Below are positions 28,827 through 39,700 of a stretch of 64,000 nucleotides of DNA, one piece after another. Source of the DNA: Candidatus Sumerlaeaceae bacterium (GTDB taxonomy: Bacteria; Sumerlaeota; Sumerlaeia; Sumerlaeales; Sumerlaeaceae); contig JBPCLP010000047.1 in assembly GCA_051003195.1 (NCBI GenBank), positions 32,001-96,000 of the forward strand, given 5' to 3'. A program made the position numbers and the translations under genes. Within the stretch, counting starts at the first letter, position 1; each line of letters begins with the position of its first letter. Under the pieces are notes generated by a model, which did no database searches, was not told the DNA's origin, and was given only the letters and a program-made list of their open reading frames with translations.

Positions 28827-29384
28827 ATGAACAAGGTTCTGACACCACTTTGGTTGTCGCTGTTCCTGAGTCTAATCCTGAGCGGTTGTAATGACGGTGA
28901 CGTTACGCCATTCCTAGGAAAGTGGAAAGCCGAAAATGTAGAGGCGGACATTCGCAAAGAGGAGAAGCAGATCATTGTAAAAGTAAAGAACCAGGGCGGG
29001 ATGCTGGGTGGTACCTTCTCGGCAAAGATGAAAGGAGATCAACTGAGAGTCCAAAGTCCGTTAATTGGCGAAGTGGCCCATGTAAAGAAGACGGATAGCC
29101 TGCTATTAGGCGGAGCTGAACTTATACGTTATGACCCTAATAACGATCCGTTCGAGACGTGCCAAGAGAAGTTGGCCAAGATCGACTACGCAAAGGAAGC
29201 CTATGGGCTTGATTTCAACCTGTCTACCGGCGCGACTATTACGATGACCAACCTGCTGCAGCCTACTCGTGTTGGATACCTGAAAGTAGAACCAACGTGC
29301 CCTTCAGGTGGCCAGTATTCTGTGAACGTGTTGGGGGATGATCCAACCTGCACCAACGCTCATTTGGGACACGTGCTCGAATAG
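28827..29384 (+). CDS. Lipoprotein with C-terminal pilin-head-like domain
   Basis: Lipobox LILSG-C. CQEKLAKIDYAKEAY..YLKVEPTCPSGGQYSVN..PTC..GHVL. Confidence 0.7.
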   Translation: MNKVLTPLWLSLFLSLILSGCNDGDVTPFLGKWKAENVEADIRKEEKQIIVKVKNQGGMLGGTFSAKMKGDQLRVQSPLIGEVAHVKKTDSLLLGGAELIRYDPNNDPFETCQEKLAKIDYAKEAYGLDFNLSTGATITMTNLLQPTRVGYLKVEPTCPSGGQYSVNVLGDDPTCTNAHLGHVLE

Positions 29385-29583
29385 AATTCCTCGTAGAGGG
29401 GACTTAATACTCCCGAAAACCCTATCTATCCTAAAGAAACCATGGAAGATTTGGGCTCAGCTGCCCATCAGTTTCTTTTCATGGCCGCGGCTGCCACCGG
29501 CACGCGCCGACTGTTCCCCATGTCCTTGGACGATCTGTAACCTATGTCTCCGGTTCGTACATCGTTGCCCGCGCCATGTCGAT

Positions 29584-29614
29584 TAAGGGTCCGTAAGGGT
29601 CTCTAAGGGTCCGT
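29584..29614. repeat. Three TAAGGGTC direct repeats (10-bp period)
   Basis: TAAGGGTCCG TAAGGGTCTC TAAGGGTCCG. A single TAAGGGTC also occurs at 6711. Confidence 0.7.
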
Positions 29615-29660
29615 GCGGGAATTACAATTCCCAAAAGCCTGTGCTACACAGGTCGTCATA

Positions 29661-30749
29661 ATGATAAAACAAACGCAATTCCCCGACCCCGAGACCAGCG
29701 CGAGCGACGCCGCACTCGTCCCAGACGACTCCGATTTCCGTTCCGCACTCCGCGCCGAGTCCGAACTTTCCGACGATCCCCTCGCCGCAAACGAATCCGA
29801 TTCCGGTTTGGACTCCGAAATCGGCAATCCGCAATCCGCACTCGAAAATCTGCCCGAGGATTTGCCCGGTTTTCCCGTCTGCGTACTCGAACCTCCGCTA
29901 CCCCGTCCCAAGCCCAGGCCCCGCCCCGGCGAGGACCCCAGCCTTTTCACCGACACACGTCCCACCCGGCCCGACGACACCCCCTTTGCACCGCCCGCCA
30001 TCCGCGATACCTACGACCTGCCCAACCTCTACACCAGCGAGGAGTACTACGCCCTCGTCGGGCAGCACCACACCGAGAACGACAGCAGCGACCACGGTCG
30101 CCCCAACTCCTCACCCGACATCGCGAGCACCTACGACCAGATCTGCCCCGACATCGACACGCCAGAGTACAACGCCCGCCCCGATCAACTGCGCCAGGCC
30201 TTCCAGCGCAACCTCCACGACATGCCGCAGGTACCCCTCCTGCGCACCCTCGAAGAATTTGAACAACAGGCCATCACCATCTGCCGCTTCTTCCAGGCCT
30301 ATCCCGAACTCGCCCTGCTCATGGGCGACGTCCGCGCCTTTTGCTGTCCCGGCCAGCCCGACTACCTCCAGACCTACCTCCAGCCCCACGAGCGCGCCGG
30401 TAACTTCATCACGCCCGACCCCATGGAAGAAGACCCCGCATCCATTAACCTCTACCTACAGCGCGCCCGCAAAAAAACCGCCATCAACATGAACCGCCTG
30501 CTCGACCGCGAACTCGCCGGACGCGAAGCCGATCCCGACCGCGTTCGAAATCTCGTCGCGTTCGCCGCCATCGGCAAATACGTCAAACAAAGCAACCCGC
30601 TCACCGGCAACGGTCCCGGCCGGCCCCTCGAACCACATGGAAAAACTATCCAGCGACTCCATACCTCCCCCTCCAACTGGGGTGGACCCCGCGTCGGCTC
30701 CGGGCCCAGGCGGAAATCCACCGACGAAGACGAGCTCGAACAGGAGTAA
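29661..30749 (+). CDS. Hypothetical acidic/Pro-rich protein with WGGPRVGSG tail
   Basis: Long ORF with strong third-position C bias. No family recognised. Confidence 0.65.
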   Translation: MIKQTQFPDPETSASDAALVPDDSDFRSALRAESELSDDPLAANESDSGLDSEIGNPQSALENLPEDLPGFPVCVLEPPLPRPKPRPRPGEDPSLFTDTRPTRPDDTPFAPPAIRDTYDLPNLYTSEEYYALVGQHHTENDSSDHGRPNSSPDIASTYDQICPDIDTPEYNARPDQLRQAFQRNLHDMPQVPLLRTLEEFEQQAITICRFFQAYPELALLMGDVRAFCCPGQPDYLQTYLQPHERAGNFITPDPMEEDPASINLYLQRARKKTAINMNRLLDRELAGREADPDRVRNLVAFAAIGKYVKQSNPLTGNGPGRPLEPHGKTIQRLHTSPSNWGGPRVGSGPRRKSTDEDELEQE

Positions 30750-30826
30750 AACCTTACAGAAACATTACCGCTATTCAAGTGGCGAAATTACCAACTTGAA
30801 CTTGAATACAGGAACGAGACATTTTG

Positions 30827-32329
30827 ATGACGCTGACAATGGAACCTGCCATCCATGCCGCCGACGATTCCGCCAGCAACCGTAGATTCCCTGGTTGCCC
30901 GGCAGGTTGCCTCACGATTATCGTGATCGGCATGCTTGTACTGGCCATTGTTGTCCTGGCCGGGCCGCGCCTCGCATCCAGATTCTATTTCCGGCGGCAC
31001 CTGAGCCCTGCGGAATCGGCGAAGTACGACGAACGTATTTATAAGCAGCTGACTATTCCCGCTGCATGGCTCACGCCGGCTTCGGTTCCTGCGCACGTGC
31101 GGAGGGGGATGGAAAATCTGCAGACTTCGACGACAGCTTACATGGGTGTGACGACCTCATCGCACCACCTGTTCGATCCCGCACTTCGCGACGCGTTTGT
31201 TGCATTGCAGCATGGCGATGCCATATCGGACGAGGCGTGGTCGACGATCACGAAAGTGGTGGCAGGTTCGAGCGCCCTGGTTCAGGTTACCTCGCAGACA
31301 ATCCGATTGCCGGGTTATGATTTGAGCACGGGCGACGAAGCTTACCTTGGGGCGGCAGTTGGTGTAGCGCATCATCGTCTGGGCAGCCTTGCCTGCCTTG
31401 CTGCTCATCTAACGGCACGCGAGGGCAAGTATGGCGAAGCACTCGACCTGGCAATACTCCCAATGCGCGAAGCGCAGGGACATCCCCCGCGAGACTTGAT
31501 GACCGGGCTATCTGGCTGGCATCTTATCCGGCTGGGCAGCGACTGCATTGCCGACATTGCAACCTCTACGACCGACCGTGCAGCGCTTCGGAGGACACTC
31601 GACGAACTGATCGCGCTCCGTTCCAATGTGGTCGCCGTGACTGGTCTGCCCATTCCTGTACTGCACGCGATCAGTCGAATGCGCTGGATCGCCGCGGATG
31701 GATATCCGGTTTCGATCATCCAGGGGAAATCGGCAGTTCGGTACTTTTCGCAGTATTTGAGCGCAACGGTTGGCTATGCGAACTACAAGATTCCTAAATT
31801 GCCTATCGGATCATCGGAGCGCAACAGTCTGGAGCGTACGCTTCGAAATCTCGATACCCGTCGGGAGTTGCACGTTTCTCTCAATACGGCACTCGCCATC
31901 TGCGAAATGGCGGCCCCCGACCAACTCGTATTTAAACTAATCGATATGGAGTCTCAGGCGCCCCAGGAAGAAGAAATTGTGGCAGCCGAGCGGTACGATC
32001 TCGCGGTGCTGCGGGTTGCCACGCGACTGGCCGAGATCGATGGCCTGACTTCCGTCACGTCTCAGAAGATGCTCGTACCCGCGTATTTACCGCACGAATT
32101 TATGGACCCGGCGAACGGCGCGCCGTACCAGTGGCACGCACCTACGCGCCAGTTTTACGGTGTGGGGCCCGATCGAATGGACGATAAGCTTGCCGTTCAT
32201 TATGAGTCTTATACCCAGCTCGGTGATGTCGCCGTTCCGGGGCCTCTGCCTGCAGTTCCAGCCTATACACCATCGTCCGGCGCTTTCTACCACTACGGTA
32301 AATTCTCCTATTTTCCTCCGGGGCTGTAA
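30827..32329 (+). CDS. Membrane-anchored helical hypothetical protein
   Basis: N-terminal TM helix. C-terminal LVPAYL..DP..G.PY..YGVGPD..DD motif. Confidence 0.75.
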   Translation: MTLTMEPAIHAADDSASNRRFPGCPAGCLTIIVIGMLVLAIVVLAGPRLASRFYFRRHLSPAESAKYDERIYKQLTIPAAWLTPASVPAHVRRGMENLQTSTTAYMGVTTSSHHLFDPALRDAFVALQHGDAISDEAWSTITKVVAGSSALVQVTSQTIRLPGYDLSTGDEAYLGAAVGVAHHRLGSLACLAAHLTAREGKYGEALDLAILPMREAQGHPPRDLMTGLSGWHLIRLGSDCIADIATSTTDRAALRRTLDELIALRSNVVAVTGLPIPVLHAISRMRWIAADGYPVSIIQGKSAVRYFSQYLSATVGYANYKIPKLPIGSSERNSLERTLRNLDTRRELHVSLNTALAICEMAAPDQLVFKLIDMESQAPQEEEIVAAERYDLAVLRVATRLAEIDGLTSVTSQKMLVPAYLPHEFMDPANGAPYQWHAPTRQFYGVGPDRMDDKLAVHYESYTQLGDVAVPGPLPAVPAYTPSSGAFYHYGKFSYFPPGL

Positions 32330-32401
32330 GCTTTGCCGGAATTCAGGTTTGAGAGGACAGGTTACGGAGTTGCCCCCAGATCTCCGCCCCCAGATCTCCG
32401 C

Positions 32402-33913
32402 TTACGGCGTGCCCAGGAACTTCTGGGGTGCGACGATCGAGCCTGCGCCCGAGGTGCACCCGATTGCGATGCCAGTCTCTAGAGCAATAGAACCACCGCC
32501 TGCGCCGTTCGTTGCGGTGCACATGTTCGCCAATCTGGTAGCATAGATACCGTAGTTACCCGCTCCTCCGGACAAGGTGTAACCTTCGCAATTATCCGCC
32601 AGGGTGGTCGCGAAAATTCCTGTGCCGGTGTCACTGAAGCCGAAAGTTCCTTTGGTGATGGGAGCGACAACGCCAATTCCGGAACCGGAGCGACCTAAGC
32701 ATCCGACTGCCAAATAATTGGATAACAGGCCGGCAGCTGAGACGCTTATTCCCGTACAGTTTGTTGCGCCGGAGAATGCATTGAGCCCCTGTCCTGTCTC
32801 GCTCTGACCCTTGCAACTTGTCGCGGTGCCATCGGTGTACAGTCCTGTTGCTGCGACAGAATTGCCGACCGAATTGGATGCGCCGGTAGTAGCGTATACT
32901 CCCGTTCCCATGCGGCCTGCGCCCATCGAGTCGTTAACAACCAGCGCATAAATCGCGACGTTACCGCACTCGACCGCAATGCAAGATCGTGCCGTGCCCG
33001 CCGATATGCCTACCTGGCCCGCCATCCGTACGCTGCAGTTTTCCACTACATTGGACGCCGGCGTGGAAAGGGCGATGCCGTTGCCGGCGCATCCTTCTAC
33101 TTTCACTCGAGATACCTCGACGCTGGTCGGAGGGCCAGCGGTCTCACTTATCCCGTCGACAAAGCCGGCACCCGTCACCGCAGTTCCCGTCGGCCCTGTA
33201 AAGGTGACCTGCCCGCGGATATTGCCATTCCGGATTGAGATATTGGCGATACTTCCCGTGATCTGTATGCCGACGCCGGCCGCTGGATTAGCCGTCGACG
33301 AGATTGTAAAGCCGTTCATGTCGAGTGTGACGCCGCTGGTGAGGATGTTGATCGCGTTGCCGCTGGCCACGGTTATGTTTCCCGCCAGGTAATACGAACC
33401 CGGCTGGCTGATGACGTAAGGCGTTGTAAAGGCTGGCGCGGCGGGGCTGATGACTGTGCGCAGGTCGCCGTTGGCTGCATGCAGCGCCTCCAGTGCGACG
33501 CTGGCGGTTGTGGCTTCCCCGGCAACGATTGCAAAGGGTACCGGCTCGATGCGCGAGCGGGGCAGATTGACGTTCCCGTCCACGGAGAACTGCAGATAAA
33601 AGTCTGCGTCTGTCGCAAAAACGCTTCGTGAGAGAACCGCACCGACGGGCGTGCCTGTGCCCACCACGTGGCTCAACACTCCGCTTGTCAGAGTCTTGGT
33701 CGCGGTTTCCTCGTAGCGCAAAGTGCCCGAGCCTGCGCCGGCCGCGGTGCCGCCCTCGTAAAGTCGAAAGATGCAGGCATGGCTGCCCGTCAGCGGCGCG
33801 CCCAGGTTGTCGGTCAATTTCGCCTGGAAATTAAACCGCGGCGGCTGCGCCGCGGTGGCCAGAAAACAAGAGGTGGCAATTGCCATGATAAGCAGGAAAT
33901 GTAAGAGGCGCAT
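32402..33913 (-). CDS. Secreted beta-helix repeat protein
   Basis: Signal peptide MRLLHFLL..AAQ; FNFQAKLTD..; ISQPGSYYL..VTLDMNGF; many GxGI..NC repeats. Confidence 0.8.
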   Translation of the reverse strand: MRLLHFLLIMAIATSCFLATAAQPPRFNFQAKLTDNLGAPLTGSHACIFRLYEGGTAAGAGSGTLRYEETATKTLTSGVLSHVVGTGTPVGAVLSRSVFATDADFYLQFSVDGNVNLPRSRIEPVPFAIVAGEATTASVALEALHAANGDLRTVISPAAPAFTTPYVISQPGSYYLAGNITVASGNAINILTSGVTLDMNGFTISSTANPAAGVGIQITGSIANISIRNGNIRGQVTFTGPTGTAVTGAGFVDGISETAGPPTSVEVSRVKVEGCAGNGIALSTPASNVVENCSVRMAGQVGISAGTARSCIAVECGNVAIYALVVNDSMGAGRMGTGVYATTGASNSVGNSVAATGLYTDGTATSCKGQSETGQGLNAFSGATNCTGISVSAAGLLSNYLAVGCLGRSGSGIGVVAPITKGTFGFSDTGTGIFATTLADNCEGYTLSGGAGNYGIYATRLANMCTATNGAGGGSIALETGIAIGCTSGAGSIVAPQKFLGTP

Positions 33914-34133
33914 AAGGTGGCCTTTCTGCCACGGAATAATGCACCAAACCCAATTCGAGACAAATAAGCAAGCTATTATCCCGCGTGGCAGATTGGGGAG
34001 GAATTTACGGTGACAGCCCCACACGCGCTTCAAAACAAAAGGGTTCAACAGCCCCACAGAACTGATCCGTCTAAACTTCAGCGAATCGATCTGGTGCTTG
34101 CTTTGCACGCAACTCGCTTCCGCAATGTTTGTT

Positions 34134-35657
34134 ATGAACAGTGAAATTAAACCCCAGGCTGCCGACGCGACCTTTGCGCAATTCGATCTTTCGCCGCAGG
34201 TAATGCGCGGTGTCGAGGAGGCCGGCTTTACCACGCCAAGCCCCATTCAGTTGCGGGCGATTCCGGTCATCATGGCGGGCCGCGACATGATCGGCCAGGC
34301 GCACACCGGGACTGGCAAGACCGCAGCGTTTGGCCTGCCCGCTTTGCACATGCTTCGCAACACCGGTAAGGTTGAAGTCCTCGTCGTTACTCCCACGCGC
34401 GAACTGTGCAACCAGGTCAGCGAGGAAATCTACCGCCTGGGCAAGTTTCGCAGCGTCCGCACGGTGCCCATCTACGGCGGACAGCCCTACGCGCGCCAGA
34501 TCGAAAGCGTGCGCCGCGGCGGCCAGATCGTTGTCGCTACGCCAGGCCGGCTGCTCGACCTCCTCGAAGGTGGACGCCTTAAGGACCAGTTCCAGCCGTG
34601 GCTCGTTGTTTTGGATGAGGCGGACGAAATGCTCGACATGGGCTTCTTCGAGGATGTGCAGAAGATTTTCGATTACCTGCCGGAGGAGCGCCAGACTCTC
34701 CTGTTCTCGGCCACCGTGCCAAAGCCCATCCAGGACCTGGCTGCGAAAATACTAAAGTCGCCGGAAGTGATACGCGTCGACCAGTCGCAGCCCACGAGCA
34801 GCGATATTGAGCAGCATTACTATGTGATCGACGAGCACGAGCGCGACGATGCCACGGTGCGCCTGATCGACAGCCTGGAACCGGGCAAAGCGATCATCTT
34901 CTGCCGTACCAAGAGCGAGGTGGACCGCCTCTCGACTTCACTGGCAGCCCGCGGGCAACTGGCCAAGGGCCTGCACGGCGACATGGATCAGCCGGTACGT
35001 GAGCGCGTCATCGGCGAATTCCGGACGGGCGATTTCACAACTCTCGTTGCCACCGACGTAGCTGCGCGTGGTCTTGATGTGGCCGATGTCACGCACGTCT
35101 TCAACTACCACATTCCGTTCGATACCGAGAGCTACGTGCACCGAATCGGCCGCACCGGACGCGCGGGCAAAAAGGGCGTCGCCGTTACGCTGGTCACGCC
35201 GCACGAGTACCATGGCCTGCGCCGGATCCAGGGCAAGGTCGGCAGAATGCAGCAGCGGTTTATTCCCAGCCATACGGAGCTCAAGAAAGCCAGCGAGCGC
35301 AAGCTGCTGGATGCCATTCGCGGCCAGCATGCCGACGGCAACGCCGAGCGCCTGCTGGATGCACTGGAGAAAGAGTTCGGTCTTCCCGAAACAGCGCATC
35401 GGCTTCTGGCGATGCTGATGCAGCAGAGCGAAGTCCGTGGCCCCGACCGCATCGGAGTGCAGGGCACGCGTCTGGAGCGATTGCAAAACCCGCCCGCGAA
35501 AACCGGAAAGCCGGGATTTAAAGGTAAAGGTCCGTTCAAAGGCAAACCGGGCGGCTTCGGCGGAAAGCCGGGAGGTTTTAAGAAAGATCGTTTCGGCGGA
35601 AAACCCGGCGGTTTCAAAAAAGCGGGCCCGGCCAAGCCGAAGAAGAGTCGCGGCTGA
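34134..35657 (+). CDS. DEAD-box RNA helicase
   Basis: Q motif, AHTGTGKT, PTREL, TPGR, DEAD, SAT, ARGLD, HRIGRTGR. GKPGGF repeat tail. Confidence 0.95.
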   Translation: MNSEIKPQAADATFAQFDLSPQVMRGVEEAGFTTPSPIQLRAIPVIMAGRDMIGQAHTGTGKTAAFGLPALHMLRNTGKVEVLVVTPTRELCNQVSEEIYRLGKFRSVRTVPIYGGQPYARQIESVRRGGQIVVATPGRLLDLLEGGRLKDQFQPWLVVLDEADEMLDMGFFEDVQKIFDYLPEERQTLLFSATVPKPIQDLAAKILKSPEVIRVDQSQPTSSDIEQHYYVIDEHERDDATVRLIDSLEPGKAIIFCRTKSEVDRLSTSLAARGQLAKGLHGDMDQPVRERVIGEFRTGDFTTLVATDVAARGLDVADVTHVFNYHIPFDTESYVHRIGRTGRAGKKGVAVTLVTPHEYHGLRRIQGKVGRMQQRFIPSHTELKKASERKLLDAIRGQHADGNAERLLDALEKEFGLPETAHRLLAMLMQQSEVRGPDRIGVQGTRLERLQNPPAKTGKPGFKGKGPFKGKPGGFGGKPGGFKKDRFGGKPGGFKKAGPAKPKKSRG

Positions 35658-35737
35658 TGCGCCGCACGGACTGCAATTGGTTCCGTGGGGCATATAGGTC
35701 CTATAAGTCCTATTAGGACCCATTAAGCTATCAGGCC

Positions 35738-36685
35738 ATGATACTCGGCTATTCGTTCATCCTGCTGGCGGCGCTGTGCTGGGGCGCGTCCGGTATTATT
35801 GGCAAATACTGGGGCACGGTGGGCGTCGCCGATGCGCTGCTTCTCTCGCAGGCGCGCGTGACCTTTGCATGGCTGGTGCTGTTCATTGGGCTGGTGTTGT
35901 TTGGTCGGCGGCACTTGCGGATTTCATTCCGCGAATTGCTGCGGTTCGCTTTGCTTGGATTGATCGGCGTCGCCGGAGCTAATTTCATGCTCTACTTCGC
36001 GATCAATCGGATGAATGTCGCGGTCGCCGATCTCATCCAGTTCACTGCACCGCTGCTCGTGGCGCTTTACCTGTCGGCGCGCGGAATCGAGAGAATGGAT
36101 CTGCCGAAGGTGCTCGCGCTGGCGCTGTCCCTCATCGGCAGCGGCCTGGCGCTTGGCGTGGTGAACGGCTCGTTCAACCTGCCTGCCATCGCAGTTGCTT
36201 CCGCGTTCGCCAGCGCCTTATGCTATGGCTTTCTCATCGTGTTCGGCAAAGGGCTCACGCGCGACTACTCCATGTGGACGTTTCTCCACTACGCGCTGCT
36301 CACCGCCACGCTGTTCTGGTTGTGCATTACGCCACCGATGGAGTTCGTGCAGCATTTGAAGGAGCCGGCCGAACTCGCGCGCCTCTTCGGGTTCGGCATG
36401 CTATCGATTCTGCTGCCCTACGTGTTCTTCTTCTCAGGTTTGAAGCGGGTACCCGCCAGCCGGGCAGGTATCGTCAGCACCTTCGAACCGGTCGTAATGG
36501 CGGTTGGGTCATGGCTAGTGCTGGGTGATCCGCTAAGCAGATGGCAGGTCGTCGGCGTGGCGCTGGTACTCGCGGCAATCGCGGTAGTGGAGATGACGAG
36601 CAAGGCGATGTTTGGCGACGAGAGTGACCCTGGTAAGGAGCAGGAGGAAATGAACCACAGAGACATAGAGGCACAGAGAGCGTAG
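35738..36685 (+). CDS. EamA/DMT family transporter
   Basis: About 10 TM helices; WGASG, GIVSTFEPV. Confidence 0.9.
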   Translation: MILGYSFILLAALCWGASGIIGKYWGTVGVADALLLSQARVTFAWLVLFIGLVLFGRRHLRISFRELLRFALLGLIGVAGANFMLYFAINRMNVAVADLIQFTAPLLVALYLSARGIERMDLPKVLALALSLIGSGLALGVVNGSFNLPAIAVASAFASALCYGFLIVFGKGLTRDYSMWTFLHYALLTATLFWLCITPPMEFVQHLKEPAELARLFGFGMLSILLPYVFFFSGLKRVPASRAGIVSTFEPVVMAVGSWLVLGDPLSRWQVVGVALVLAAIAVVEMTSKAMFGDESDPGKEQEEMNHRDIEAQRA

Positions 36686-36713
36686 AGGAAAGAGGCGAAG
36701 GCTTTTACCGCCA

Positions 36714-39700
36714 TCAGTACAGCTCGAAGTTGCTGATTCCCGTGATTACCGCTGTGTTCGTGTCGACAACCACATTGTCCACCCAGGTACCCTCGGTGTT
36801 CGCGGAGCTCGGAAGACCGGTGTGCTGTTCACGGAAACCGACCGTGACGCCGCCGGACGTATTATACGTACCTGCAGGAATGGTTCCGTTGTAGAGTAGC
36901 GTCGTGTCATTGATCGCAGCATATAGCCTGTTATTCGGAACGTCGAAGATCAGGCGGAACTTCATCCATGTGCTTGGCGTTGGTGTTGCGGAGCCAAGCT
37001 CTGTCAATACGCTTGAGCCGGGGCCGGTGTTAAGCGACGGTGAACCACTTACCGCGAAGAACTTTACTGTGTCCGCATGAGAGGCGAGCGCACCATTTTC
37101 GAGAGGTGCGCTGCCGCCGAGCGGACCGTTCTGGTATTCGAGGTAAAAACCATTCTCGATACCGCCGCCGGCAGCATCCTGAAACCACGCGGACTCGCAG
37201 CGCGTGGCTATGCCGACACCCGTCGACCAGGCGTTGGAACCGAGCGTTTGCGGAATCCATAGGCGACCCGAAAAGTTCAGCTGGTTAAAAGCGCCCGGCA
37301 GGAAGTTGACGTCGCCGCCCCCCGTGTTGTCCACCACCTCGAGCGCGTTAGTTATTACCCCGGCCGCGACATCGGTCGGTGGTTTTCCTGCAGCACCCAG
37401 CGTTGCGGTGCGCACCGGCGTCGCAAAGCCAAAGTGCCAGGCACTATTTGCGCCCGAGTCGAAGTTATCTGAGAATGGCAGGGTAACACCGCCGCTGTTC
37501 GCCGAGCCGGGAGACGCTACGATGAATTCGAAATCCCGGACATTACTCCCGGTATCGACTCCATTCGGCAGTCGCCCAATCGTGGAGCTGCCAGCTGTGC
37601 CGAGGGCGCGCGAAGTAGATCGTCCCACCCCCCCTTCGGCAGTACCGTGGGCAAAGTCTGCGCCCCCTGTCATGGTGGCGTCCGCGCGGTAGCAAACGGA
37701 ATCGACCCGCTGGCCGAAAGAGTCACGCAGCACAACCGCTGCTGGAGGTCCGTCGCTCACCAGGTTGTTGAGATTCACGTTCTGATCGACGGCACCCGGG
37801 AACACGGCATCGATCGTCGTCTGGTTGCCGATCACATAATACCCGCCTGCAATAAGCGATGTAGATGCCGGGATGCTGATCGGCCCAGGGGAATAGCTGA
37901 CTCCGCTACTGTTTACCAGCACCACCTGGTAATTACTGATGTCGATCGCGCTGCCGGTAGAGTTGACCAGCTCGACGAATTCACCCACGTCCGACGCAGC
38001 GCCGTAGTTGTCATACATGAGTTCGTTAATTACCAGGCCTGTCGGCGGAGCTGGCGGCGGTGCCGCGCTGACGACGTACAGATTCAGGTCGCTGTCGCGT
38101 GTTGCGGGAGTACCTGCGCTGTCGGTCACGCGTACGGGAACGATATATATTCCAGCGGCAGGGGGCGTGCCGGATAATACGCCGGCGGGACTCAGGCTGA
38201 GCCACGCGGGTGGCGTTGACCCGGGTCGGTACGTGAATGTTCGCGGGGATGTGCCACCGGAAGCGCGCAACGTGCGGTTGTAAGACACACCCGGAGCGCC
38301 CTGCGGCAAGCCCACCGTGTTCAATGTCAATGCGCTGCCATTGAGGATCCAATTGTCCGGATCGATATCCATTTCCAGCGGATAGGATGTGCTCGTATTC
38401 AGGGTCGTGGTATTTGTACTCGTCGAATTCGGCACCACGCTTATCCACTGATTGTTGTTGGCGTCGGTAAACTGCACGTCGATCGGCATATTGTACGGCA
38501 GACCGGATTGGGTTTGGTTAATGGCAAGGCTCACCTGGGTTGTGGTACCGCTCGTCATGTTGCCATGCGCCCCGTACACAGGCTGGTTTGAATAGATTCC
38601 GCCGCTGAAACCACTGAGCCATTGTGTGAAGAACGGGGCCAGCGATCCGGCGGACAATCCCGCAGCGCCTTCGCACACGGACTGGAAATCCACCGGCGTA
38701 CCAGGCGGCTGACTCGTGGATGTCGTGTATCCCGTCGCGACATAATTACGCAGCGCCTGGAAGAAGATTGCATCTCCCAGCACGTGCCGCAGCATGTGCA
38801 GCACCCATGCACCTTTGCGGTAAACCACTGAGCCGGCAAAGTCGTCGCCATTGCTGTTTACCACCGGCGTTCCAGTGCTGATCGACCCGGCTGGGCTTGG
38901 GGGCGTGACGAAATTATTATTCACGTAGGCTGCGTAGGTACCATAAACTCCAAACTGTTCCGTCACCAGCGCTTCGCAATATGTCGCGAAGCCTTCATTC
39001 AGCCACACGTGATCCCAGTTCGAACACGTGACTTTATCACCAAACCACTGGTGCGCCAGCTCGTGCACGTTGCGGCGAGTGAACCCATTGCCCACGCCCG
39101 CCGTCGAACCCTCCGGCATACCCGTGCAGGTCTGGTGCTCGATGCCAAACGTAAGGTTCCACGTTGCCGTCTGGTATTTTTCATTCACGAACGGGTATTC
39201 ACCGAATTTATCGCGGTAGAAATTCATCACCTGCAAAGTCCCCAGGTGGCCATTGCCTTCGGTTCCCAGGTTCTCCGGGTAAAGGTAATGTCCTACCGGC
39301 ATCGTCGTTACTGTGTCGAGCGCGGTATACGTGGTGGTTACGAGCGTGTAGTTGCTGACGTATAGCGCAAGCAGGTAGGTGGCAATCGGGTAGGAGTTCA
39401 CCCACACGTGCGTATCGGTGCCGTCGCCGTTATTGGTAACAGAAGCGAGTTTTCCATTCGAAATCGCGGTCAGCGCGTATCCGAGATTGTTCGGAACGAT
39501 GAGGCGCTGTATGGACGTGGTCGCCTTATCCGCAGGCGTATCTTTGCAGGGCAGCCAGCGGCGGGTGCCATACGGCTGGCTTGCGGTGTAAACAACGGGG
39601 TAAACTGGCGAAGTGCCGACGTGCGTCTCCGCTGTATATGCAGGCGGACCACCAAAGATCTGTTTCGGAAATATGTCGTTCGGATATCCGCTGTAATTCA

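Noticed and set aside
32372..32401. 14-bp tandem repeat containing AGATCT as a link to the BglII-like enzyme
   Set aside because: The enzyme's specificity is unknown; probably a simple local duplication.
33914..34246. N-terminal extension of ORF 32402..34246
   Set aside because: It overlaps the divergent helicase gene, and the signal peptide starts at 33913.
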